The notes beneath the pieces were generated by a model. The model saw only the letters and a program-made list of their open reading frames with translations. It was not told the DNA's origin and did no database searches. This document shows positions 13,799 to 27,940 of a stretch of DNA of 64,000 bases, piece after piece (within the stretch, counting starts at the first letter, position 1; each line of letters opens with the position of its first letter). This DNA comes from Eledone cirrhosa (taxonomy: Eukaryota). The stretch is taken from assembly GCA_964016885.1 (NCBI GenBank), contig OZ024740.1, forward strand, positions 191,332,001-191,396,000, given 5' to 3'. The position numbers and the translations under genes were made by a program.

Positions 13799-13986
13799 GG
13801 CGGTCGATTGGCAGTATTGGTAGAGGGACGGAGGCCATGCTTTGACGTATAGAGTTACGATTCCTTGCCATTCTGAGTTCAAATCCCGCCGAGGTTAACT
13901 TTGCCTTTCATCCTTACAGGGTCAATATAATAAAGTACCAGTAATGCACTTGGTAATTGCTGGCCTTGTGCCAAACGTAGAAACAC
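13799..13986 (+). mobile_element. SINE, short-tail variant, in tandem with the previous copy
   Basis: Same head and core. The target sequence ttatttta(a/g)ttgactgg occurs before, between and (degenerately) after the two copies. Confidence 0.85.
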
Positions 13987-14182
13987 TTATTTAAGTTGGC
14001 TGGAAGATCCTATAGACAAAGTAAAACCACAATTATTCCAAGATATCAATCAGCACCAGTTGTTGTATGATTGCAACTAAACGTTGTGTATATGACATTG
14101 ATGAGGTTGTCAACAAGCGTATATTAATTTATGTATATATATACATAGATACAAACATACACCGACCCCCGACACACACATT

Positions 14183-14222
<40 letters not shown>

Positions 14223-14259
14223 CAGGTGATGCAATTGTGTATACATGTTTGGCGATACC

Positions 14260-14290
<31 letters not shown>

Positions 14291-15334
14291 ACATCCAACA
14301 TTCCAAATTCTATAAACATGTGACTCTGCAACTATTAAAGAAATCAATATTTTCTTTTGTATTAAAGCTAAAATGTAATTGAATCAAAACAAATTTAATC
14401 AAATGTCTCTGATGTTATTTCAATAATATTATCAGATAGCGCTTAAAAGTAATTCTAAAAAAACAATATAAGAGGTATTATATCACTTTAACCTATTGAG
14501 GTTATTGATGTCATTATGAAAGAAAGCATAGTTTATTTAAATGCAACATTTCACCTGATAACAATATGAATTCTACATATTCGTAAGATTATCACATTAC
14601 ATATATATCTAAATATAATGTTCTTATACAATCTTCACTCCGCAAGTAGACATGCATCATAAAGCTAGAAGACTTAACATCTCTGATTTGGTTCCCAGTG
14701 TGATGTTATTATACAATATTCTCTCTGTAAATAGGCATACATAATTAAGCTAGAAAAAGTAACATCCATGACTTTGTTTTTCCCAAGAACATAGTGTAAA
14801 TGCAAAAGCTATACTGGTAAACAATCATTGGACTAAAGAAAAGGTCTAGCAACTATATTGTCTGAACCTAGTGCGAAGGTTCCTCTCATCTGGCCTAAGG
14901 AATTCATAAAAAAAATAATTTGATAAATATATTTTCTTGTTTTTATCGAATTTGATTAGCCAGCAATACAATCCATAATCGATAGCTTAATATCAAGTCA
15001 CATCTCACACTAGGTTGAATGTGTTCATTCACAGTTCTTTCATATTGCACAGAGACATAATTTTTTGACAGTAAAAGATAATACTATAACAGGTAAATGC
15101 TGCTGCAGTGATTAGTATATTATCGCAATATAGTTTACATGAATCATTTGAATAAAAAGAAAGAGACAGTCACAAAAATGTGGTTATTTGTCCGATGAAT
15201 AGAGCAGGTAAATTGTCTGTTGTTATGATTATTTTCAGATAAAAATGTAAATGAATGAATATGGGTTATTGCTTTTATTGATATATTTATACATGTCTTT
15301 CATGTTCTCCTCTCTCTCTCTCCCTCGCTGTATT

Positions 15335-15365
<31 letters not shown>

Positions 15366-15639
15366 ACCTATTTCTCTCCCTATCTCTCTCTGTTAAATAT
15401 AAATGCAAGTTTACGATTCTGTGAGTCCGCCTAAAACTAGCAAACTACCGGACCAAACTCCTCAAAATTACATGTACATATTCACTATACACTCGGACAG
15501 GTAACGGCTGTAAACGTTTTACTTTGCAAAGCAAGAAATTCATTTAGATTCAATTTATCTTATTTTCTAATGAATGTCAAAAGAGATGATACATTTTGTT
15601 TTTTATGTTCTCAAATCTATAGATAAGTGAGTAAGGGAT

Positions 15640-16290
15640 GTGAGAGAGAAAGAAAGAGAGTAAGGGATGAGAGAGTAAGAGAGAGAGTGGGAGAATGGAG
15701 AGAGAGAGAGTAAGGGGATGTGAGAGAGAAAGAAATAGGAAAAGGGATGAGAGAGGAAGAGAGAGAGAGAGTGGGAGACGGGAGAGAGAGAGAGTAAGGT
15801 GATGTGAGAAAGAAAGAGAGTAAGGAGATGAGAGAGAAAGACGATGAAAGAGTGAGAGGGAAAGTTTCCAGCGTTGTTAACTTTTATTTATTTATTATTT
15901 TTACAATCTTTTTAACTCTCCCGCTTCCTTAACGTTATTTATCTTTTCTTTATTTTTTGTTCTCTATTCTCTAGAGAAAGGGGGAGGGGTGATAGAGAAA
16001 AAGCGAGAGAGGGAGAGTAATGGGATGGAAGAGAGAGAGAGGGAAAGTAGCCAGCGTTCATTAACTTTTATTTATGTATTATTTTTACACACTTCTTAAC
16101 TCTCCCAATGTTATTTATCTTTTATTTGTTTTTTGTTCGTTATTCTGTAGAGGATGAGAGAGAGAAAGAAAGTGAGGGGATGAGAAGAAGAACGGGAGTG
16201 AAGCGGATAGGGAGAGAAAGACAATAAGAAAAGAGAAAAGATGGGAGAGAGAAAAAGATGTAAAGAGGCAGGAGAGAGGGAGGGTGATTG
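15640..16290. repeat. GA-rich degenerate tandem repeats inside the Helitron 5' region
   Basis: Repeated gagtaagggatg(t)gagagagaaaga units, and a duplicated gagggaaagt..ccagcgtt...aactctccc segment. Confidence 0.7.
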
Positions 16291-16838
16291 GAGGCATTCT
16301 TTACCTAACGTGTGTCCGCATTTATATATATATTTACACACACATATGTGTGTGTTATGGAGGTGGTGGTGGGGGGGGGGGGGTTATTTAGCAGACGATA
16401 TGTGTTACCATCAAAGATTATTTTCTACATATAGCTAAAGAAATCACAGATGCGTTTATAGAAGTTGTATATATGTATTTAACAGACAAAAAAAAACATA
16501 TTTTAAAAGATATTTGAATAGATTATTTTCCGCTGTTATTTGAGTTAACACAGAACATATTTTTTTTGTAGTGTTTGTTGCGTATTTTTGTGGGGGGGGG
16601 GGGGGTACAAAATTATAATTTCAGAATACAATCTGAAATCCAAATATGTTCTACATATGTCTAAAATTAATTACACCTAATATACATTCAAGAGATCATT
16701 TAAAACAACTTTACTGAGTGAATAATACATTCTATAGTTGTTTCTATTTCGGAAAGAGTATGGTGTGTAATCATTGTTTCTACTTTTGCATTACAGGTAC
16801 TTTATTTTATCGTATGGTGTGTAATAATATCACTTAAA

Positions 16839-19520
16839 ATGCCTACAAAACGTTCCATATCATTATATGGAAGGTCATCTTCAGAGGCTAAGAGAAAGAA
16901 AACACAGCGATCTGAAGAAAATGAAGAAGTTCGGCGTGCCCGTTTAGCTGATAAAGAGCCCAAACAGCTTTAGCACGAGCACACCGTTTGGATGAAAGGG
17001 AACAAAGGACATATGCTACACGAGAACAACAAATTAAGGAACTACAGCAAATCAGACGAAATGCTAATCAAGCACATCGTTCTACAGCCCGAGCAGGAGA
17101 ACAAGCCACAAGGAAAATGAACTGGCTGATGGGTGATTTTTCTTATGACCCCCAAAAGGACTACAGCAGTAATCCACAAATCAACATTGGGAAAATAAAC
17201 AAATGCTGCCAGTAGTGTGGTGCTAAGAAGTGGGCAGCAGAAACACTAAGTCTCACTCGGCTTACTTTAAGGCTTATTTTGCTTTTTGAGCAGCATGCTC
17301 AATAGGCAAAGTGAGCCTTAAAACAATAAAGAACCTCCTGAATTTCTGAAGAATCTGCTCCTTGAGCATATCCCAGCAGCACGACACGTCAATAAATACA
17401 TCATAAAATATAATTCTGCCTTTCAAATGACATCTTTTGGGGCTGACATAAATGGGACTGACTTTAGATTCTGTACAACAAATACAATTCAGGGACAGTG
17501 TTACCACTGAATGGGTGGCTAACTTTTGCCACTTTCACAGGAGCCTCACAAATTTGTGCAGGTTACTTCATGGGTGGAAATGAAACACAAGCACAACAAA
17601 TATGTACTAATGTGCATTGCGGATTGCAGTTCTACATAGTTATAAAGTTACAAGAAATTCTTCACCAACATCACATGTACGTCACTGTATTAAAGTATGC
17701 ACCGGAGCATATGAACAACACCAGATATCGTAAAATCATCATTAGGGCAGACAAACGCCCTGCTTCAGAACCTCAATGCAGAATCAATGCACCTGTCACT
17801 GATGAAGTTGCAATCATAATGGTTGATGAACAGCATGAACGACGTGACATTGTTTTGCATAACGCAGTGGACATTTGGAGCGAATTTGTGAAACTCGTAG
17901 AGCCTATGATTCACTCCAATATCCGCTCATTTTTGGAATGGTCAATTTGGATATCATATTCAGCTAGGGTAGATCAGCCAAGGAACGGGACAAGAAACTG
18001 GCCGATCAATCAGTTGCCAAGTATTCTATGCTTATCATCGCATGGTACGTGATTACTTTAACCAAGTTCTGCGATTCAAAGAAGTAACAAGCCAGTTTAT
18101 GGATTTTCTGCGAAGTAATCAAACTAAGTTGAGGGCCGATAAATACATCCACCTTAGAGATGCCATCAATTCTGATGTTGACCCAAGAAATATTGGCCAC
18201 CCAGTCATACTACCATCAAGCTTCACGGGAGGACCACATTACATGCATGAACGTACACATGATGCAATGGCCTATGTCAGAACATTTGTTCGGCCAGATT
18301 TCTTCATTACATGTACATGCAATTCAAGCTGGTCAGAAATATCAAATGAATTATTTCACAATCAAAAACCAAAGGATCGACACGACCTCATTGCTCGTGT
18401 TTCCCATGAAAAGCAAAAATAAAAACTCATCTGGCTCCTAAAAGAAGGAATAATCTTTGGTGAGCTTAGTGCTTGGATGACAAGTATTGAGTGGCAGACG
18501 AGAGGTCTTCCTCACCCTCACACACTACTCTGATGCAAGGAGAAGATAAGACCAGACGATGTGGATATGATCATTTCAGCAGAGTTGTCTGATAAAGGTG
18601 GTGATCCAGAGCTCTTTGAAACCATTAAGTCCAAACTCATTCATGGTCCATATGGAGTCATCCATCCAGCCTCTCCCTGCATGAAAGATCAAAAATGCAG
18701 CAAACATTATCATAGAGCTTTTATTCGGGAAACTTGGACTGACAATAATGGATTCCCCCTTTATCGTAGGCGTAGACCAGAACATGCAGGCAATGCTGCA
18801 AGCCTAACAATTTGAGGAGCGGAGCTGACCATAAACCAGCAGTGGGTCGTCCCACACAACACATTATTTTGTAAAGCTCATATCATATGTTTAGTATTGC
18901 AGCTCCATCAAGGCACACCTATATGTCACAAAGTATATCAACAAGGGCAGTGACATGGCTACCTTTATTACTGACAAAGAACTCAATGATGGTGGGCTGA
19001 ATGAGGTCAAACGGTACCAAACAGGTCGATACATCTCCAGCAATGAAGCTATCTGGCGAATCTTTGGATTTGATATCCACCAATGCCACCCAACAGTGGT
19101 CAACCTCTCAATCCATCTGAAAAATGAATAGAGACCACTGCCCATCAGTTGGCACAAGCATCACATGACACTACACTAACTGCTTTCTTTAAACTCTGCC
19201 AGAATGATGAATTTGCTCGATCCCTCCTATATGCTGAAGTCCCAAAATACTACACCTGGAATAATTGCAAGACCTGGAATCGAAGAAAGCAGGGTCATTT
19301 AGTAGAAGGTCATGTAGCCAAGTCAACTGATGCAATTGGGCGTGTTTGCAATGCCCATTCCAACAACAGAGAATGTTTTTTGTTTAAGGCTACTTCTGCA
19401 TACTGTCCGTGGACCAACGTCATTTGAGGATCTTGGGTGCTTCAGAGGAGAGGGAGTGCGCAATATACCAAGAAGCATGTAAACAGGATGGACTCCAACA
19501 TGACAATGGACACTGGAAGA
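16839..19520 (+). pseudogene. Disrupted Helitron RepHel ORF (Rep part)
   Basis: Fragments 16988-17215, 17498-18052, 18042-18422, 18561-18815 and 19149-19427 are separated by stops and frameshifts. Confidence 0.85.
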
Positions 19521-19834
19521 ATTGAAAAAAATCTAAATGTATTTTTGTTGGCCATACCCTTTTCTCTGACAACATACCTAATGAATCGTCTATGAGTAAA
19601 GCATTATATATGCTGACTGTAATAGCGAGCAGTATTTAAAAAAATGACCACTGGAAAAAAATAATATTTTCATCTAGATGATTTACTTTGACCTAACGGC
19701 AATAAATATTCTGCTATAATTCCTACTTTGGTTAAAATTTAGCAATCGTAATTGAATGGTCAAATATTTTGTAATGTGTGCCAAATATATTGTAACTTTC
19801 ATAAAATACCCGGGTATCACGGGTAGCTCAGCTA

Positions 19835-19889
<55 letters not shown>

Positions 19890-19974
19890 CAAATATATCA
19901 GAATTGAGGCGGTAACAAACAGTTAAACCATTACTCACCAGTGTACTCTATCCTTGGTGTAGTAGAGTGGGTAA

Positions 19975-20075
19975 TAAGATTTGGGACCCCCGACAGCTGA
20001 TCTCCGGCCATTTCAACAAATATAACTAGCTGTTAAAATGGCCAGAGCTTAGCTATCGGGATCCCTAACGTGTTA
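19975..20075. repeat. Short fold-back between (TA)n tracts
   Basis: gggacccccgacagctgatctccggccatttcaaca pairs with tgttaaaatggccagagcttagctatcgggatccc. Confidence 0.6.
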
Positions 20076-20086
20076 TACACACAGAC

Positions 20087-20159
<73 letters not shown>

Positions 20160-20170
20160 TAACAGATTAA

Positions 20171-20221
20171 AGTTTAAGCAAAGAATCGCTACTTTCACCC
20201 TTAACGGGATCTTCTGAAACT
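20171..20221 (-). ncRNA. Variant type-I hammerhead (CAGAAGA core) in PLE-B pLTR
   Basis: agttt-CAGAAGA-t ccc gttaa ggg t-GAAA-gtag cgattct ttgc-UU-aaact. Confidence 0.6.
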
Positions 20222-21147
20222 AACAAAGTCAATCCGTGAACGCAGAAGTGGATATTTCAAAAAACGTTGCAACCGGTGGAAGACAGGAAGACGATACTTT
20301 GGTTCGTGGTAACGTTCGCTGGCAAAGAACGGGAAAAAACGAATAACACATCATTAATAGGAGCGGTGAAAAACAATTACGCGCAAATACAGAACCACGT
20401 TTATGGTATAAAAGAGGTCGTAGACTAATGTTCTCTTAGGTGGTGCATAGAGACGTTCTCTGGCAATGAACGGAAAAACGAAGATAATACGTCATATGTG
20501 GAGCGTGGAGATCAATAGCACGCAAAGACAAAACCACGTAAATGGTATAGCAGAAGTCGTAGACTAAAATTCTAACTAGGAGACGAAATGAATCTCCGCT
20601 ACAGAGTTAAGAACAAAGTAAATAAATACAATACATAAGTAATAGAAATAAATAAATACATACACGTAAACAAATACGTACATACACAAGCATACGCAAA
20701 ACCTTACCATAGGTATACAAAACCACGCACATATAAATATGTGTGTGTGTTTATGCGTGTATACAAATAAATAAATAATTATATAAACGTATATAAATAA
20801 ATAAATACGTATATAACAAGCGCGCACACATACCTACATATAAATACACGAATGTACGGAGACGTAGGTCAACTAAAACAAGAAGTACACAATACACATA
20901 CCCACCATACGTACGAACCCGCATACTCACACAGACTCAAAACTCCCGTATACACATAGCAAAACCCTATGTGCCAGAATATATAAAATTATACGCCAAA
21001 ACAATCAAATATACGTACGAGAAGGTATACGTACCTTCACAAAACAAACGGGTAATACATACTTACCTATGTAAATAAGTAAAGGAATAAACAAAACATA
21101 TACTTGGCTCCCACATCAAGACGTAATATATCCACGTATAGATCGTA

Positions 21148-23270
21148 CTATCCGTTAGGGCATAAAGTGGGACTGTAATACAGGAAAGTTTTGTGCAATT
21201 TATGTTTACAAGCCGAAATTGCCTCAGATTTTTTGTTTAAGATGTGGTCTGTGGCGTAGTGTATTTCCAGGCCCTCAGCGGCGCAGAGGTCACATGGTCT
21301 TTTATTTCCGTTATACGATCTAGCACTAGCTAGGATCTCCCAGTGTAACATATATTGGTTGTGGTTGTCTTTTAGACTCCAGATATAAGCTGAAAGTGAC
21401 GTCATATTCCTTCTTGGAGGGTAACGAAAAGAATGGGTATGCATGTAAAGTCGCTGTTTGAAACTATTAGCGGTTAACCCTATGTAGGCCCTACGGGACG
21501 TGGGTGTTACAACCTTACATTTGTAGACAAAGTTACTAGAGAGGCATTTCCCGGATATGGGGCAATCAGCCCGATTCCTACAATTACAGTTAGTACTAAT
21601 TACAGGGTTGTACGTGTTCCTACGGCTAGGTAGTTTAGCTAAATTTGAAGCTGTGATGTTATGTGCAAGGTTAGGAGTCGTAGAGTAAGACATTTTAATA
21701 GTATTTATATTAAAAAATTCACTATATTTATGTGTAGGGTGAAAATGCTTCGTAATAAGGGAAATAAATATCTTAGCTAATGGTGTGGCCACCTCTATAG
21801 TATATGGTGGGTTATACCAACAAATGCGACGGGATCTATTTCTTCTAGGTCTATTTTCGTACTCAGTATAAGCTACCTTATCGACAAATCCACTTCGAGC
21901 AAGAGCTTCATTGTAATAAGTGGAATGGTAGTTGAACATAAGCTCGTTGGTGGAAAGACGGGAAAGCCTCTACGAAACGTTTTTTACCAGGTTCTTGGTT
22001 ATGCAAGCAGGATGGTTGGAATGCTTACTTATGTAATTAAGCGTATCATTCGGCTTTCTATACGGGTAATACAACCCATTCAATAAATTGAGGGTAACGT
22101 CGAGGTAATTAACGACCGAGGTATTGGCATCAACCTGTATAGAGTGGTTGAAGCCTTTAAAGAAGGCTGTGAGTTCTTTTCTGAACCTGTCGCAAGCACG
22201 AGGTCCGCACTTAGTCATGGTCAAAAGACCATCGTCACGGTACAAACCACCGCCCGCGTTGGGGAATTCGTCCTTGATAGAGAAAAGAAGGAAAAGGCCA
22301 ATAAGATCAGTAACCTCCGCAGAGTCACTGGCGCCCATACTCACGTCGAATGGGGTACTATTGGATTTTTTAATCCAAATAGAGTCGTCGAAATTAATCA
22401 CCGACTTATGGGCATTGAGGATGACATCGACTTCGAAATCATTAACCACTGTGAGTGTTTTAGAGAAATTGATAGCTCTAAGGAGAAGTGGTAAAGTGAT
22501 GGACGAGTAGTAATTGTTGATGTCGAATTGGATGAAACGGCAATGTTCCTTGTTACATATGCCGTTGACCCAATCAATCATCGCGAAAGAATTGTTCCAC
22601 AGTGCAAGAGGGGCCAAACTTCTAATTTCAGGTATAATTCTATCAAGAATCGTTTTACTAAGTCTACCTAAATTGGACTTCGTAGGGTTAATAAGCGGAA
22701 TAGAGGGGTTGTTCGGAAAATTGGATTTGTGATCCTTCAGGGTAAAGTGGGAAGAAATAGGGTCCAAAGGTTCGGTCTGGTCCAGGATGTTGAGATCAGA
22801 TGTGATTTTAAACCCAGCATTTCATTGATGACGCACCGATTAGTTTTACGGTAATCCTTAGTTACAGCATTATGTAGTAGTTGATGGTAAGTACTGCGCT
22901 CCACTTGATATAGGTTGCCAGTTTTGTCGGAATGGACGTGCACGGCGTTAGAATCCTTAATAGAACGAATTCTATTCTTCAGGTCTTGCTGGAAGGAATT
23001 CCTCCTATTCCGCAATTTGATGCTCCGAATCAGTTCCAAGACATCATTTTCGAAGGGTAGCAATGCTGGGTTCCACGGGGGGTTATTATAGGTTTTAAAT
23101 CCAAATGTATCCTGTTTGTTGTCTGCTTTTCGCGGATTATCGAAATAAAAGGCGCGTCAACGCAACCTTTTAATGAACGCGTCTGTTTTCTGTATCAGGA
23201 GTTTTAGGTATGTTTTCCTGCTAGATACGGGTATGTTCTTTGTAGAAATATTCAGATGTTGTTTCTGCAT
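21148..23270 (-). pseudogene. PLE-B RT/GIY-YIG ORF (~700 aa) with few lesions
   Basis: Begins MQKQHLNISTKNIP at 23270. There is a TGA in place of a probable Trp near 23157, a frameshift at ~22760-22815 and a TAG at 21970. Confidence 0.9.
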
Positions 23271-23717
23271 GATCAATATAAGTCAGTAGAGTGCTCAACC
23301 GAGGGAGCCAAATAGTAGTAATAATAAATTTGAAGACGAAAATCTAAAGAGGGTTCGATAAGGATAAATATATATCAAATATATAAGAACCGTAGAGCAA
23401 ATATTTCTTAAAATAACAGATTAAAGTTTAAGCAAATAATCAAGTCAATCTCTAAACGCAGAACTGGATATTTCAAAAAAACGTTGCAACCGGAGGAAGA
23501 CAGGAAGACGATACTTTGGTTCTTCTGCTATACCATTTACGTGGTGTTGTCTTTGCGTGCTATTGTTCTCCACGCTCCACATATGACGTATTATCTTCGT
23601 TTTTTCCCGTTCTTTGCCAGCGAACGTTTCCACGAACCAAAGTATCGTCTTCCTGTCTTCCTCCGGTTGCAACGTTTTTTGAAATATCCAGTTCTGCGTT
23701 TACAGATTGACTTTGTT

Positions 23718-23768
23718 AGTTTCAGAAGATCCCATTAAGGGTGAACGCAGCGATTCTTTGCTTAAACT
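23718..23768 (+). ncRNA. Variant hammerhead in inverted PLE-B pLTR
   Basis: Same fold with CAGAAGA; GAAA is mutated to GAAC. Confidence 0.5.
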
Positions 23769-25529
23769 TTAATCTGTTATTTTAATAAATATTTGCTCTA
23801 CGGTTCTTATATATTTGATATATATTTATCCTTATCGAACCCTCTTTGGATTTTAGTCTTCACATTTATTATTATTACTATATATATATATATAAATATA
23901 CACGTCTGCCTGGATGTGTGGTGTATGTATGGAGGTACCTATGAAAACACACACGCACACGCATATATAAATTATGGGTGTTTGCATGCTTGTATGTCTA
24001 ACAAAAGTTTATATTTTGTATGTTCGTATGCACTTAATTACTATTAATTTCAAACATCAAGGAAGAAATAAATATAAAAAGTATATTGATTTGCACCTTA
24101 TATTTTAGCGGTATTTATGTTAGGGTTCATTCTTGTCTTTAATAACAAATATCATGCATTGCAAAATATGAATAGTCTAGTAACAAACGGTTTGTTTAAG
24201 TGGAACCTGAGCTTATATACGCCACAAACTCTACACTTAAATAATTTTGTCATATAGTAAATGTTTACATTCCTAACTTTTGACAAATAATAACAATCTC
24301 TTTCCCTGGCGTTTGAAAATACGACTAAAAGAAACTTCCACATTTCCTTTCGAACCCATCCTTAATGTTATGAAGACAGTAAAGTCAGCCTTCTCCGCAA
24401 TATGCGGAATCTAATAGAAAGGAACATCAATGGGAAGCTGCTCAAATATGAGGCAAAATGACACGTACAAATGTGAAAATGTGAATGAATGTTTGTAAAT
24501 GGTTACAAGATAGACATGCTTTTTTAAATGTTATTTGCTTGTAGATGGCGCATTTCATTTATGTAAATAGAAAAAAATATCAAATAGTTTTGAGGGTCTG
24601 TGAAAATTGCTGAAAATCTGCAGTCAGGTTTGATCTCGAGAACTTCAAATGTTGATCAATGAATAAATTGTTACTAACAAAGAACGGGAATGTATTTAGT
24701 AGACATAATCGGTTTATACTACATGGTACTTTATTTAAGTAGAGACACATGTAGGAAGACTTCTCTTTCTGTTTGCTTTTCTTTCTACAAATTCCCAGTC
24801 TATAATATGCATATTAAACGATCTTTATTTAATGCTCAGTCGCATAAAAAAAAACACATTCATACATATACATGTACTCACAATATCACAGCAACGTAGA
24901 ATATTGAATGGTCAGCAACATATCTGCCCGACGTCTATGCACATCACATAACATGAATGATGTGTTCATACGAATATGAAACTGAAACATTGTTTAAGTC
25001 GCATCTAATATATTAATACAAAATCGTTTGTCTTGACTGATTTCAAAGGATACAAACTGTGGCATTGATATACACACTCTCACAGATAGACACACACACA
25101 TACAAACATACACACTCGCACATACACACACGTGCGCACACACACATATGTGTGTGTCTGTGGGTTTGCGTGTGCATGGTGAGGGCCAAACTAAATGTAT
25201 ACTATACATCTCCAATCAACACCAGACACCAGATCATAATTCCTGCTAAACATGTACCTAATCCTCATTAAACCAGCCACCTACACGCATTAATTACTAA
25301 TATGGGGAGAAAGGACACCATAAGTATATATATACACACATATACACACATATATATAATATAAGATCAAAAGATGGCTAAAAGAGATCCATGTATTTTA
25401 TTATGCGCATTTCAAAAACAAATATCATCATGAGATGACATTCGCGTTTTCGTAAGATAAAATAGGGAGACATGATATGAAGCTTAAAAAACACTTGTGA
25501 ATAGTTCAGTTTTAAATCAACATATGAAC

Positions 25530-27940
25530 AGTAATTTATATTCATGTATGATATTGGGAACAAAAATGAGAGGGGGTTGGAATGGATGAACAAGAGGAGG
25601 AGATGAGAGAAGGAATGGTAGGGGAGGAGTATAATAATGAAGGATGATATAGGAGGAGAGATGGGTGATAGAAAGAGAGAGATAGCCTTTATAACTGAGA
25701 AAAATATATATTGTTTCACAGAGAGAGGTTAAAAAGCCGTTGGAAGATAATATATAATTTAAAAGAATTTGAAAATTGATGAAGAGAAAAAAATTAATGA
25801 AGAGAAAAAAATTAAGAATAATATTAAATTAAGGTTTGTATATTGAAGGGTTTAATAATATGTGCGATAAAAAGAAATTGTTAATATGTATTATTAAAAT
25901 AAAAATATTAATGTTATTAAGGATATAATGTGACAAGAAGTAGAAGAATGGATGAATTATGAATTTAGAGGAATTAGTTAGTGTTTAAGTTTGTTTTTAT
26001 GTAATGTAATATGTAAATAGTGTTTTTGCAAATGAACACAGAAAGCAAAGAAGAAAATAGTGTTTAAGGAAGAGAAGACTCTAATATCAAAATATATATG
26101 TTTATGAAGTATTTCCTAATGGTAATAATATATTGTAATAAAGGAGATTAGTTAGGGTTTAAGTTTGTGTTTATGTATTGTGATATGTAATATGTAAAAG
26201 TTAGACGAGCATGAAAGGCATAAAAATATAATGAACTGAGGTGGAATAATCTAACGTCAAAAAATGTTTATGTTTACGTAGGATTTTTAAAGGTAATACA
26301 ATAAAGTATTTAAAAGGTAATAATAAGTTTTATGGCCAATGATATGAAGGAAGAAGGAAGAGTGGATATATTGTGGTGAGTAATAATAAGAATGTGAAGT
26401 ATTTAGGAAGAAAAAGTACAGATTAGAGGTTAGAAATTCAAAGAAAAGAGGAAGAAGGGAAGTGATATATAGGAATGATATAGAATGAGTAACTAGTATT
26501 ATATAATGTATAATAAATAACATTGAAATAAGGTAGAAATATGGGTATATTTTTAAGGAAATATATATATAAGCCTTTGAGAAAAAGGATTTTAAACTTA
26601 TAAAGTATTAGATATTAGCTGTATACTTTATGGAATGTTCTGTAGAATTTATGCAAGCAGACAGAAAATAAGTCAGTGCGTCTATTTATTATAAAATCTA
26701 AATTAGATATAATGGTAAATTTCCCACATAAACAAAGATTACACGTTCTGGATAGGGAGGCATTCAAGTAGGGAGAGGCAGAACAAACTTTCCTCCAAGA
26801 GATGTTATAGTTAATATTTTTGTCTTTCAAGGACCATATGAGTTCTGAGAGTGCTGTGTTGGTTCTTTTAAGTTGGTATTTAAAAGAAGAATTGTGATTA
26901 TAAAAACGGGCTTTAAAGGAGGTGGAAACGGAGCCAAAACAGGTAAAGGAATAGGTGTCAGTTATAACTTTACATTCATAGATTAAGTTGTTTTCAAGAC
27001 AATGGTTGTTGAGAAGACATTTATTTTTAACAGGGCAATTACAATTGCGATTAGAGAAATTAACGGAGTTATTAACAAGTGACCTAGTGTTATCTATAGG
27101 AGGAATTGGATTGGAGAAGTTGTTTACGATAGGAATAATAGTTTACTGATTTAGATTGGTATTAAGAACATTTGACGAAGTTACGTTTGACGTCGTATTT
27201 GGGTTTGCCTAGAGTTAACAATGACGTCGGAGTACTATTACTATTATTATGACATTCAGTGTTGGAAGGAAGTGATTTAGTATTTAATATTTTATTGTTG
27301 AGTTTAGAAATAATGTTGGAGATGTTGGAGGAGGTGGAATAGGAAAATGTTATTGTATGTTTGTTAAATATTTTACTATAGGTATGTGAGGGAGGGAAGC
27401 GTTTATTTAAGGCACTAAATAATAATTTAGGAATATTATTATTAATAGAAATGGAGATTATATTTTTGTATCTAGATCTTTTATTAAAGTTATTGGAATG
27501 ATCATAATTAATAATTGTACTGTAAGATCTTCTAGGATTGGTTTCTTTACTGTATTTGATTTTATCAGGATAGCCGGCTTTATAAAGCGCGTTATTATAA
27601 AAATTGGCGTTAGCATCAAAGATATTTTTATTAGATGATAGGTTTGATATTCTTTTTCCAACATTACTAACTATAGCATTGTTAATGTTAGTGGGGTGGT
27701 TAGATTTAAAATTAACATAATTTAGATTCTCATTGTTTTTATGGTAAGTGTAATATAGGCAGTGTAAAGATTAAGGGATATATCCCAAAAAGTTAGCTAG
27801 TTTGATGTTGTTATCAAATTCAATTTTTAAGTTATGTTGGTTAAAGTGATCACGTATATTGTTCTTAATAATATTAAGGTTAACTATGTTGCAATTTAAG
27901 ATAGTAAAAAGTAAAAAGAAACCATCTTTTGATCTTATAT
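25530..27940 (-). mobile_element. Old, AT-eroded Penelope-like element (RT thumb + GIY-YIG + long 3' UTR)
   Basis: Minus-strand remnants include YVNFKSNHP, CNCPVKNKCLLNNHCLENNLIYECKV and ISW..VCSASPY...CNLCL..K..CLHK. The 5' side is ~70 bp from a (TA)n tract. The extent of the UTR is uncertain. Confidence 0.75.

Larger units (their letters stand above)
15383..19835 (+). mobile_element. Helitron, decayed, retaining Rep and lacking the helicase
   Basis: Helitron-type 5' end (tc...aaatataaatgcaagtt...ctaccggaccaaa). Rep motifs: ILPSSFTGGPHYM, PDFFITCTCN, IEWQTRGLPHPH (HUH), YVTKY, GRYISSNEAIWRIF, TTLTAFFKL, LLYAEVPKYYTW. 3' hairpin cccg..cggg followed by CTAG at 19832-19835. Confidence 0.9.
20155..23880 (-). 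mobile_element. Near full-length Penelope-like retroelement family B with direct and inverted pseudo-LTRs, flanked by (TA)n
   Basis: RT motifs FDINNYYSSI, DVSMGASDSAEV, GLYRDDGL, YLDVTL and YRKPN..SNHP. GIY-YIG region CNCR..CP..GKCL..VYKC..YIG..CDLC..CKH. The 3' end 20155-20300 is repeated directly at ~23408-23520 and inverted at ~23520-23785. Confidence 0.95.

Noticed and set aside
21148-23270. Selenoprotein (Naiad-type) reading of the in-frame TGA in PLE-B
   Set aside because: The TGA replaces a probable Trp, other lesions are present, and the endonuclease is C-terminal, unlike Naiads.
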